DNA of 32,636 nucleotides from Octopus bimaculoides (GCF_001194135.2 NC_068990.1:1664649-1697284); one strand, 5' to 3'. Counted from the first letter of the stretch, positions 10,744-20,730 are shown. The notes: a model not told the origin generated them from the letters alone. Program-made: numbers and translations.

Positions 10744-10909
10744 ATATATATATATCTATATANNNNNNNNNNNNNNNNNNNNNNNNNNNNNNNNNNNNNN
10801 NNNNNNNNNNNNNNNNNNNNNNNNNNNNNNNNNNNNNNNATATACACATATACATACATATATGCACATACACACACACACATATATACATATATATATA
10901 CAACCGAAT

Positions 10910-10953
<44 letters not shown>

Positions 10954-10980
10954 CATATATACACATATACATACATATAT

Positions 10981-11031
<51 letters not shown>

Positions 11032-11213
11032 TATATGATGTCTTGTACCCAGATATGCATCTATATATACATGTAGATGTAGGTATGTACATATATGTAT
11101 GTATACATGCATATGCTCATATGCCATTTGTATTATTATATATATATGCACATATACATACATATGTATATATATGTATGTATGTATTTATGTCTGTCTG
11201 TATGTATGTATGT
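10667..11213. repeat. compound (TA)n/(CA)n/(TATG)n low-complexity region containing N gap 10763-10839
   Basis: Directly visible; a ~55-bp TATACACATATACATACATATATGCACATACAC block is repeated. Confidence 0.9.
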
Positions 11214-11806
11214 ATTCTCTTCCTTTTCTTATATTACTGCTCTGGGAAAACCTGCAATCTTTCCAGTCTCTGAATCTATATGCAGAGTCTCCGAAAAATT
11301 CTGTTTTATGCCACAAATGCTGACACTTGGAGTAGTAATAAAATATATATATTAGTAGTTTAATACACAACTGATTCCAGTCAATATAAACGAAATGAAG
11401 AAATGCTATATTTAAACAATCAATCCTAAACTTAGAGATCTACATCTGAGGTAAATTCAATAAACCAAAGTTTGGATTTAGACATAAAGCTCGGAAAATA
11501 ATTGGCAGAAATATTCTGTGTTGTTACATCTTTCTTTATGTAAATAGATGGATCTCTTGATGGTTGTTAGAGATGAACTAGTTATCTTTTAGTATAGGTT
11601 GTGCTAGACGACAACTAAGGTCAATATGAAACTGTCAAATAAATCAGATAATGCGTTAAGATATTTTAAGTACCTCATAAAATAATTTCCATCGGACCAT
11701 GTATTATCCTTATCTACAGTTAGAACTTTTACTCAGATGAACAGAATTAAAAAAAAAAAATTTCTTTCAGTCTTTTTTTAAAAACGATTTCTGTAAAATA
11801 TTACAG

Positions 11807-11830
11807 TAACCCTAACCCTAACCCTAACCC
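11807..11830. repeat. (TAACCC)4 telomere-type repeat, interstitial
   Basis: Four exact copies of the TTAGGG complement. Confidence 0.9.
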
Positions 11831-11874
11831 ACAAAAGATTTGGAAAGAGTAATTGTCGCTGCCAATGTTTGAGT

Positions 11875-12023
11875 GATAGCATTGTGTGATAAGAAGTTAG
11901 AAGCTTGCTTCTCAACCACATGCTTTCAGGTTTGCTTCTCAGCCACTTGGACCACATGGTCCAAGTGCCTGCTATAGCACCAGGCTGACCAAAACCTTGT
12001 GAGTGAATTTGGTAGATGGAAAT
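11875..12023 (+). mobile_element. SINE family B, 5' half
   Basis: AGAAGCTTGCTTCTCAACCAC...CTATAGC...GACCAAAACCTTGTGAGTGAATTTGGTAGATGGAAA. Confidence 0.75.
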
Positions 12024-12228
12024 TGAGCTGGCAGAATCATTAGCATGCCAGGAAAAATGCTTAGTAGTATTTTGTCCATCTTTACATTTTGAGTTCAAAT
12101 TCTGCCAAGGTTCGCTTTGCCTTTCACCCTCTTGGGGTCAATAAGATAAGCACCAGTTGAGTACTGGGGTCGACTTCATTGATTTATCCCATCCCTGAAC
12201 TTGCTGGCTTTGTGCCAAAATTTGAAAC
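12024..12228 (+). mobile_element. SINE family A, tail type Y, fused to preceding family B half
   Basis: TGAGCTGGCAGAATCATTAGC, B-box GAGTTCAAATTC, TTGTGCCAAAATTTGAAAC. Confidence 0.85.
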
Positions 12229-12295
12229 TAACATGTCTTTCTTTACTTTGTTGTTGGACATTTAAAACCATTTTAATTGTGTTAAATTTGGCAAT

Positions 12296-12590
12296 TAGGT
12301 GAAGGCACATAGCTTAGTGTTTAGGACATTTGGTTCATGACTGTAAGGTTCTGTGTTCAATTCCTGGAGGTGTGCTGTATCTTTGAGCAAGACAAATTAT
12401 TTCTTGCTGTTCCAGTTCACTCAACTGGCAAAGACAAATTCTACCTGTATTTTCTAAGGGCTAACCTTGCCACATTTTGTGTCATGCTGAATCTCCCTGA
12501 GAACTATGTTAAGGGTATATGAGTCTGTGGAGTGCTCAGCCACTTACACATTAATTTTATGAGGATTCATTGTTGTATCCAACAGAGAGC
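12296..12590 (+). mobile_element. tRNA-derived SINE, family D
   Basis: A-box-like TAGCTTAGTG, B-box-like GTGTTCAATTCC, TTGAGCAAGAC domain, GAATCTCCCTGAGAACTATGTTAAGGGT shared in reverse with 19031-19302. Confidence 0.8.
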
Positions 12591-12591
12591 C

Positions 12592-12752
12592 AGTTAGGTG
12601 CAGGCATAGCTGTTTGGTTAAGGGGCTTGTTTTCAAGTTATGTAGATTTGGGTTTTGTCCTGCAATGTGGCACTCAGAGCACATGTGCTGTTTCCCTGGC
12701 CAACCAAAGACTTGTAAAATAGATCTGGTGGATGAAACCTGAAAGAAGTTAG
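12592..12752 (+). mobile_element. SINE family B-like 5' half (degraded), followed by (TG)n/(GTGTGTGTGCAC)n and N gap 12840-12849
   Basis: GCCAACCAAAGACTTGT...GATCTGGTGGATGAAACCTGAAAGAAG. Confidence 0.6.
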
Positions 12753-13231
12753 TTGTGTGTGTGTGTGTGTGAGTGCATATACTTGTGTGCGTGTGTGTGC
12801 ACGTGTGTGTGTGCACGTGTGTGTGTGCACGTGTGTGTGNNNNNNNNNNTGTGTGTGCACGTGTGTGTGTGCACGTGTGTGTGTGCACGTGTGTGTGTGA
12901 GTGTATGTATGTGTGCATGTGCTTATGTGCGTGTTTATATTTATGCTTCTACAAACATTGTGAGTTACATGCACTGTCGCTGACATTTCTCCCTTCAACA
13001 AATCATCACTGGCTTCTGAAGATGTGTGAAGAGATACCTTACTTGAAAAGCAAGTAAGGGCATCCAGCTGTGAAACACCTCCACAATATATTTGTCTAAC
13101 TCATACTGGCATAGGAAGAAAAAAAACTCCCAGAACAGTTACACGGTGGATGAATGAATGAATGAATAAATTTATTGGGCCCACTTTTTTTAATCCTCAC
13201 ATCAACCCTTTCTCCACCCCATGAGAATCAC

Positions 13232-13500
13232 TGGGTTAATCAACCCCTGCAAAGAATAGAATTGAATTAATTAGCAAATACATTTCAAATAACATTAATG
13301 ACTTAATTAGAAAAGTCACGAACTTCACTCAATGGAATAACACTAACATTCTAATTAGCTTCGTTAATAATATTAGTAATGAAAGTGATTGCAAATTTAC
13401 TTAATTCTACATTGTTGAATTATATCGATCTTTCTTCTAATCATTGTTCACTAATCAATTAAGCTTTACGAAGGTATGCTGCAGCATTAATGACAATTTT
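13232..13500 (+). pseudogene. decayed Penelope-like element reverse transcriptase fragment
   Basis: With one frameshift reads LINPCK-RIELISKYISNNINDLIRKVTNFTQWNNTNILISFVNNISNESDCKFT*FYIVELYRSFF*SLFTNQLSFTK. This matches the Penelope RT pattern as I recall it (RLINPAKSEIG..SK..L..IN...NQW.NT..VI.WF...C.F.QFDIVEFYPSI). Confidence 0.75.
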
Positions 13501-13629
13501 TGCAATCCATTAATCTCTTACCTTATCCACTCTAACACTGGTGCCACAATAAAATGTTTCCACTACACTCTGGTAAATGTATGGTTGTGAGAATCCTTTA
13601 GTTTTGTTGAAGACATAGCATCTTCTTTT

Positions 13630-13812
13630 AGTGCCAAAGGTATGGTAAAAATGCACCCAGTACACCTTATAAATTGATTGCTGTTAGGAAAGACATCCAG
13701 CCATAGAAATTAAACCAAAATTGAAACTTAAGAGCTACATATGGTCCCTGGAGAGTATACCAGCTAGGAAAGTGGATATATGATGATGATGATGACGACG
13801 ATGATGGTGATG
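13630..13812 (+). mobile_element. RTE LINE 3' terminus (degraded) with (GAT)n tail
   Basis: GTAAAAATGCACCCAGTACAC...TTAGGAAAGACATCCAGC...(GAT)n. Confidence 0.6.
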
Positions 13813-13837
13813 ACATTAAAGTACCAGATATTTTTTT

Positions 13838-14035
13838 AATCTTTTACTTGTTTCTGTCATTAGTCTGCAGCCATGCTGGGGCACTGCCTTGAAGTATTTT
13901 AGTCGAACTAATTGACCATGCTATGCATTTTCTATTGAAGCCTAGTACTTATTCTATCAGTCTATTTTGCTGAACCACTAAGTTATGGGATGTAAACACA
14001 CCAACACCAGTTGCCGAGCAGTGGTGAAGGACAAA

Positions 14036-14099
<64 letters not shown>
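13838..14099 (-). mobile_element. SINE family B, 3' half, with long (CA)n
   Basis: AATCTTTTACTTGTTTCTGTCATT...CCATGCTGGGGCAC...CTAGTACTTATTCTATC...GTAAACACACCAACACCAGTTG. Confidence 0.85.
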
Positions 14100-14101
14100 T
14101 A

Positions 14102-14318
14102 CAACGGGAGGCAGAAAAATGCCTGGTTTTGGGTAAAAGAAAATACAGAAGGATCAGTTAATTATGATTTTATTCAAGATATTCCCCTCTCAGCTTCACA
14201 CACATATTGCAGTGGTTCTTCAGTTTTTCAAAGCTTGCTAAAAGAACTCAGAGGTTGGGCCTCCAACCAGACCTTTAGTGATAGCTTTAAAGCTAGGAAC
14301 TTTTCAGCACCTCCTTGT
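14102..14318 (-). mobile_element. mariner-derived MITE
   Basis: Decayed TIRs (GGCAGAAAAATGCCTGGTTTT vs AAAGCTAGGAACTTTTCAGCACC); minus strand with a frameshift encodes WLEAQP...EKLKNHCNMCVKLRGEYLE*, resembling the mariner transposase C-terminus. Confidence 0.7.
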
Positions 14319-14335
14319 GTGTGTGTGTGTGTGTG

Positions 14336-14682
14336 CATCACCAACAAAAGGAAATGTAAAGGAGACCTACCCAGACAACCCAAGTTCACTGCAGAAACAA
14401 AGAGTCAAAGAGCCCAGGGAAAATAAATGGTATATTGTAACATATACAAAAAGTATGGCGATAGAAAGGAAAATAACCGAATTCAAATCGGTAATTCGAG
14501 TAAAATTACCAGTGGAGCTTTGCACAGAAAATACAGAAGGCATAGTAATAGACCAAGAGAGGTATGGAAAATTAAAAGAATGGTTTGGAACTAACATAGA
14601 CCCATTGGGAGTGGAGGTAGAGTTCGACGACCTACTGCCTGTTGTAGATTATGTAGATTTGAAGTTATACATGAACACGTAA
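14336..14682 (+). other. unassigned stop-free reading frame (~115 codons), possibly retroelement-derived
   Basis: Non-repetitive peptide ...IERKITEFKSVIRVKLPVELCTENTEGIVIDQERYGKLKEWF...; the ORF-track start lies inside the MITE and is not credible; no family recognised. Confidence 0.25.
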
Positions 14683-14952
14683 AGCGTGAGTAAACTTTTA
14701 AAATTCTGTTAGAAGAGAATACACATACGATGTTAAAAAGGAAAAGAAAGAAAAAATATGATCTAAAAACTTTTTATGAAAACAGTTCAATGATACTGCT
14801 TGAGAGTAGGGTTCAAGTAGTCATTACATCCTCATTAATTATTATCCATCTTGCATTCATTCCTTTTACGTTTTTTGTCCCCATTGTGGTGTTCTGTCTG
14901 TTCTTATGCTGTCCCCCTCTGTGTCATGGCCTGTGTGCCAAATAAAGAAAAG

Positions 14953-15688
14953 CAGTCAACGAGGTATGCCGTATGGGCCAGCCATGCAGGCGATGAAGTA
15001 TGTTGTTACAATGCAAGACATATCAGTGTCGAGCAAGACACAACAGTGGCGATGAGGGTCCAAAGCTTAGGCAAGTCAGTTGACAAATGTTTGTGATACA
15101 ATGTTGTTAATGATGGAAGACAAAACAGTGGCAATGAAGGTTTTGAACACACGCAGGATATAACGTAACAATGAGAACTTGAGAACATGCAGGATACAAC
15201 AATGACCGCAAGATACAACAAGGAAAAATTCAGTGACGAAAATAATTCTATGAAATAATAGAAAAGGATGAAAAATACTTCTGTTTGTGGAAGGAAAAAA
15301 AAATGATAATACAAGTCCATTGAAGGATTTCAGTCAGGTCGCTCATATGTTCATAGTGCTACTGGTAAGAATGTTGAGCCAGTACTACCTGGGGCATTCT
15401 GGAGAAAAAATTCTGTGTGAAAGAAAAAGAAATAAGAAGATTTTGTTGTAGTACATATTTGAGAAAAACAAAATAAAAAATTATGTGTGTGTGGAAGAAA
15501 AAGAAATGGAATATAAAAAAGAAATTTAATAATAATGCTGTGTGAAAGAAGTGGGCTGTTCTACCATAAATAGTGGACAGACACAAATGGTGTCAGTCGA
15601 CGAGGTTTGCCATTCGAGCCAGTCACGCAGATAACAAAGTACGTCATTATAATGTGGGACATATCAATGTCGAGCAAGACACAACAGT
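14953..15688. repeat. 95-bp diverged direct repeat (14953-15047 and 15594-15688)
   Basis: Ungapped alignment, 74/95 identical by hand count. Confidence 0.9.
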
Positions 15689-15814
15689 TTCCATTTACCA
15701 AATCCTCGCATAAGGCTTCGGTTGGCCCAAGGCTATAATATGAGATGCTTGACCAATGTGTCACACAATGGCACTGAACCTGAAACCATGTGGTTGAGAA
15801 CCAAATTTCTTACT
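15688..15814 (-). mobile_element. SINE family B, 5' half
   Basis: TTTCCATTTACCAAATCC...GGCTATA...GAACCTGAAACCATGTGGTTGAGAA...CTTAC. Confidence 0.75.
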
Positions 15815-15964
15815 TGACAGAAGAAATCTGTTGTGTGATCAAAAAAATTCTGCGATACAAATAAGAAGAAAAGCAGACTTTTCAGTTCATTTGTGGGACT
15901 TTTGCATAGAATGCATATTTGTGACCTTGACAGTCTCTTTATCCTAAACAGGAAGCTGTAAGAA

Positions 15965-16151
15965 TATTCTTTTCTACTCTAAGAACAAGGCTCAAAATTT
16001 TGAGGGAGGGTGCCAGTCGATTAGATCAACTCTAGTCCGTAACTGGTACTTAATTTATCCACCCCGACTTTGGTGGAATTTGAACTCAGAACGTGAAATA
16101 CGGCTAAGCATTTCGCTCGGCTTGCTGACATTTCTGCCAGCTCACTGCCCT
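15965..16151 (-). mobile_element. SINE family A, tail type X, internal deletion
   Basis: CTTTTCTACT...ACAAGGCTCAAAATTT, GGAATTTGAACTCAGAAC, TTCTGCCAGCTCACTGCC. Confidence 0.8.
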
Positions 16152-16186
16152 GAGAGCTGTGATAATAATAATGCAATAGAAAGATA

Positions 16187-16315
16187 GGGATATGGCTGTA
16201 TGGTAAGAAGTTTGCTTCACAACTGCACGAATCTGGTTTCAGTCCCACTGCAGGGCATCTTGTGCAAGTGTCTTCTACTATAGCCTTAGGCTTATCAAAT
16301 TCTTGTGAACAGATT
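16187..16315 (+). mobile_element. SINE family B, 5' half
   Basis: TGGCTGTATGGTAAGAAG (A-box-like), GGTTTCAGTCCC (B-box-like), GCAAGTGTCTTCTACTATAGCC. Confidence 0.8.
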
Positions 16316-16638
16316 ATTTATATATATATGCAACAAATACACAGACACACGCATGTATGCATGTGCGTGCACACACACACATGCACGCAGATGTGATCTG
16401 TCAACTAGCTGAAACACAGTAATATCTCCTTCAAATATCAGGCTATGATTCTAGAAATATTTACTGAATAGACCTTGCTACAATTTGATCTCAAGACATA
16501 GATGGTCATAGCTAAATACTTCTAAGTAATATTTTTGAAAATCTACTGATTCTGCCATTCACGTGACACTATGGTATGCAGCTTGCTGCTGGTTTTTTTT
16601 TTGTTTTTATATCTAATGATCTTTCAATGGAGAATATA

Positions 16639-16689
16639 TCATCATCATCATCATCATCATTTGACATCCGTTTTCCTTGCTGGCATGGA
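16639..16689 (-). mobile_element. very short RTE 3' terminus with tail
   Basis: (ATC)n followed by TTTGACATCCGTTTTCCTTGCTGGCATGG, the reverse complement of the RTE end at ~17460-17490. Confidence 0.7.
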
Positions 16690-16838
16690 TTACATGTGGT
16701 AAGGCAATTGCTTTCTAACTACATTGTTCAAAGTTCAGTCCCACTGTGTGGCACCTTGAGCAAGTGGCTTCTACTGTAGCCTCAAGCTGACCAAAGCCTT
16801 TTGAGTGGATCTGGTAGGCAGAAACTGAAAGAAGACCT
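16690..16838 (+). mobile_element. SINE family B, 5' half
   Basis: GTGGTAAG...AGTTCAGTCCCACTGTGTGGCACCTTGAGCAAGT...GAAACTGAAAGAAGACC. Confidence 0.8.
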
Positions 16839-17518
16839 TCGAACGTTGGGCTTCACAGAAGCAATGACAAGTGACCAAAACCTTTGGAGATATGCTGTGC
16901 TTGAGAAGACCCAGTAAGCCAAGTGAAGCCATAGCCATGGTTTATGCCAGTTTGCATAACCGGCCCACTGGGCAGTAAACTATGCTCGAGAAGACATGTT
17001 GAGTCAAGTGAAATCATTGTCATGGCCAATGCTAGTACAGCTTGACTGGCACTTGTGCCAGTGGCATGTGAAAAGCACCATCTGAGCATGGTTGATGCCA
17101 GTCCCTCTGGGCTTGCTCCTGTGCTGGTGGCATGTAAAAAGTACCATCCAAAAATGGTCAATGCCAGTCCCTCCAGACTGGCTCCTGTGCCAGTGGCATG
17201 TAAAATGCACCAGACAAACGTGGTCGATACCAGTGCTGCTTGACTGGCTCCTGTGCTGGTGGCATGTAAAAGCACCATTCCAGCATGGTCGATGCAAGTA
17301 CCGCCTGGTTGGCCTTCATGCCGGTAGCATGTAAAAAGCACCCACTACACTCTTGGAGTGATTGGTGTTAGGAAGGGCATCCAGCTGTAGAACCTTGCCA
17401 GATCAGATTGGAGCCTGGTGCAGCCTTCTGACTTGCCAGTCGTCAGTCAAACTGTCCAACCCATGCCAGCATGGAAGGCAGATGTTAAATGATGAATGAT
17501 GATGATGTTGATGATAAT
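16839..17518 (+). mobile_element. 5'-truncated RTE LINE: ORF C-terminus, 66-bp tandem repeats, 3' UTR, (GAT)n tail
   Basis: Reads LRTLGFTEAMTSDQNLWRYAVLEKTQ*, resembling RTE C-termini (DL...M..DR..WR); about 4.75 copies of a 66-bp unit at 17029-17341; ends CCATGCCAGCATGGAAGGCAGATGTTAAAT(GAT)n. Confidence 0.85.
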
Positions 17519-17520
17519 GT

Positions 17521-17522
<2 letters not shown>

Positions 17523-17588
<66 letters not shown>
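17523..17588. repeat. (AT)n microsatellite
   Basis: Directly visible. Confidence 0.98.
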
Positions 17589-17591
<3 letters not shown>

Positions 17592-17847
17592 AGTTAAAGA
17601 AGAGGAGAAGCAATTAATCAAAGCAGGACTATGGCTTTTAAATTCATTTGGCTTAGCGTGATTTAATCTAAGAGAGTTAATGCTAATGCAATGTAGATAG
17701 AATTAACTCTATCTGGAGAATGCAATGTATGTAGAGTTAATTCTACATCGCATTAGCATTAACTCTCTTAAATTAAATTAAACTAAACCAAATGAATTTA
17801 AATGCCATAGTCCTGCCTTGATTAATTGTTTTTCCTCTTCTTTAACT
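17592..17847. mobile_element. foldback/palindromic MITE-like element flanked by TA
   Basis: Inverted arms 17591-17711 and 17732-17848, about 10 mismatches plus a 4-bp indel over 117 bp, 20-bp spacer; TA at 17590-17591 and 17848-17849. Confidence 0.8.
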
Positions 17848-18016
17848 TATACCTACCGATTCAAAAGTAAGCTACTGATTGCTGGTTCTCTCCCAACTGG
17901 ACATTTGTGTGACCACAACTCTGGCCCCTGTATGAACTGAGATCTCAGTGGCTTATGAGTTGCAGCATTCAGACTGCAGACCTATTAGTTAAGGGTACTT
18001 TGACCTAAACTCCACA

Positions 18017-18200
18017 TCTATATATATATATATCTATAATATAAATTGAACATGGGTGATTGTTGTATTCTTTCTTGTCTCAAGGTTCACGGCCAAACAG
18101 CTGGGTGGATTCATGTGAAAAATGGCACACATGTTGAAATGGGTGCATAGATTGGAACGTGCTTTGTATTTTTTCCTAGCCCCCATAGTTACCGAGAAAA
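18017..18200 (+). mobile_element. possible non-autonomous Helitron-like 5' fragment
   Basis: A|TC start then TATATA...TATAATATAAA, and TTCACGGCCAAACAGCTGGGTGGATT..TGAAAAATGGCACAC, resembling the AAACGGCTGAACCGATT..GAAATTTGG core I recall from rolling-circle non-autonomous elements; no 3' CTAG end identified. Confidence 0.35.
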
Positions 18201-18598
18201 TCGATTAAAACAACCTGCGTGTGTGTGTGTGACTGTGTTTCACTGAAGCCATACATACATACATACATACATAATTACTCACTCACTCTCTCTCTCTCTC
18301 TCTCTCTCGGGTTTTCTCTGTCAATCACTCACACATTCACTCACTACAAAAACTGAATGAAAAAAAAATTTCAGTTATCTCTCTCTTTCTCCCTTTCTCT
18401 CATATACACACACACCGTCAACATTACTCTCTGTCTTGCACACCACATCAAACATACACACATACAGACATACACATGCACAACAATTCTTTCGTCTCAC
18501 GCCAACTTCAAAAGAAGTTTGGTCATAAAATGGGACTTCCTGGAATTTTCCGAGGATGATCTATTTCCTTGAAAATTCCAAGGATGGGACTTCCTGGA

Positions 18599-18636
<38 letters not shown>

Positions 18637-18642
<6 letters not shown>

Positions 18643-18836
18643 TTGTCCCACCATCACTGCTTAACGAGGTGTTGATGTGTTTATATCCCTGTAACTTTGC
18701 ACCATGGCAAAAGAGACTGATAAAATTAGTACCAAGCTTAAAAAGAAAGTACTTGGGCTGATACATTTGGGTACAATTTCTTGAATGCTGTGTTCCCGTA
18801 TGACTGCAGTCTAATGACTGAGGCAAGTAAAAGATA
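18637..18836 (+). mobile_element. SINE family B, 3' half after (TG)n
   Basis: GTGTTTGTCCCACC...GCAAAAGAGACTGATAAAATTAGTAC...CAGTCTAATGACTGAGGCAAGTAAAAGA. Confidence 0.75.
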
Positions 18837-19030
18837 CATGCATACATATATATATTTGAAAGTCTATCAGAATTATTTATTGAAGTGTAAAGGTGATTTT
18901 TTAAAAAGAATGTTATGAAATCTTTTATGAGGATGTTACTAACCTTTTTTGGGAAGAAGTTCTTTTTCTAGTGTATGAGGACTTTCGTTTAACCTTACCA
19001 AACACACGCATAAATATATGGTTGGGGTAC

Positions 19031-19302
19031 TCCCTTGGTTGTGCTGATGAGTGTTCCAGCTGGTTTAATCAAAGGGACATCCTACTCATGAAATTAACGT
19101 GTGCATGGCTGAGCACCCTATTGACATGTGCACCCTTAACATAGTTCTCAAGGAGATTCAGTGTGACACTCTGAATGTGACGATTGGCCCTTTGAATCCT
19201 GCCAGCTGAGTGAAATGAAATGAAACGTCTTGCTCAAAGACAAAAGGAACCACTAGGAATCGAGCTTATAACCCTATGATAATGAACTGAATACTCTATC
19301 TA
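19031..19302 (-). mobile_element. SINE family D
   Basis: ATGAAATTAACGTG...GGCTGAGCAC...CCCTTAACATAGTTCTCAAGGAGATTCAG; reverse complement of 12296-12590. Confidence 0.8.
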
Positions 19303-19767
19303 CTGAGGTATGCAAGAGTATAGAAAATTAAAGAGAAAAGAAATCAATATTAAAAAAAATACAGGAGAAAAACAAAAATAAACTATCTACAAATAAGAAG
19401 CTGTACATTCACTTTACTAACCTGATTTAACTATAAGACAATGAAATGCTCACATTGGAAATGTTGGAGAGCAGGCATAGTTAAATGCATTGGCTGGATT
19501 AAAGTTGTTTACATAATTACTTCAAAATACCAAAGAACCAGATGGAATTGGTGTCTCGGCACCTCACTACCTTGGTGCCTAGGTGCCTTGCTGCTATGCT
19601 GCTTTGCTGATTTGCAGCCTGCAGAATGAATAATTCTGTTATTAAATGGTATGCCTGGACATTCTTAACTAGAGAGACAAGTCTCAAGTTGCCTATTTCC
19701 AATGGCAATAACTTCCCCACCATTCATCAAAAATCTGTTAGAATGGAATTTAGCAAAACATGTAGAC

Positions 19768-19769
<2 letters not shown>

Positions 19770-19824
<55 letters not shown>
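19770..19824. repeat. (GTA)n microsatellite
   Basis: Directly visible; source of poly-V/poly-L ORFs. Confidence 0.97.
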
Positions 19825-20494
19825 CTGGTATTGGCTCATCGTTTTGAAATACAGCAGAGATAATGTCTCTCTCATAACTAGCTCTCTTTTATTTCTGTCT
19901 GCTTCTCTTTCTCTCTCTCTCCCTCTCCGTATTTGCCCCCTACACACACACACACAGACACACACACACAGAAACACACACGTAGAGACACACATATGAA
20001 TGTGTTTGTGTGTGTATGTGTTTGAAGGTATGTGTGAGTGTGTATCTATCTATATATATTTATATATATATATATATGTGTGTGTATGTGTGTGTGTGTG
20101 TGTGCGTGTATATAAAGAGAGAGAGAGACAGACAGAGAGAGAAGGAGGGAGGGAGACGGAGATAGGGGACCGATCACACATTCCCTTATTAACTCAAACA
20201 CACATTTACAAAAGCCACTATAACCTAACATATAAATAGCAACCAACCAATTAAACCATACCATTTTCAACATGGACACATTGGACAATATATAAAAAAA
20301 GATGACATAACATACATAATACATACATATATATGTGTGTGTTTGTATGTGCACGCATGTATACATGTGTGGATATATGTATCTTACAGAAGCTAATAGA
20401 AAACCGCCTCCAGGCTAGTGTTTTTGATTATATATATATAGTTCAAAGAGAACAGCACTGGTATAGGAGGAATAAGATAACGTATTTATGTGTG

Positions 20495-20525
<31 letters not shown>

Positions 20526-20681
20526 AGACATAGGTATGTATACATGAAACTGCACTACCTTTCTGTTCCCTTATTTGTGTGACTGAATGTTATAAACAGT
20601 CAAAAAAATTTATAAGCATATAAACATATATCACATATATTTATGAATTTAAAGCATATAATATATGCATGTATGTATGTA

Positions 20682-20730
<49 letters not shown>

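Noticed and set aside
16853-17341. 162-aa and neighbouring repeat ORFs (also 31831..32037)
   Set aside because: Arise from the 66-bp RTE 3' UTR repeat, whose period is a multiple of 3.
17029-17341. CRISPR-like regular repeat
   Set aside because: Eukaryotic context; units are contiguous diverged tandem copies without unique spacers.
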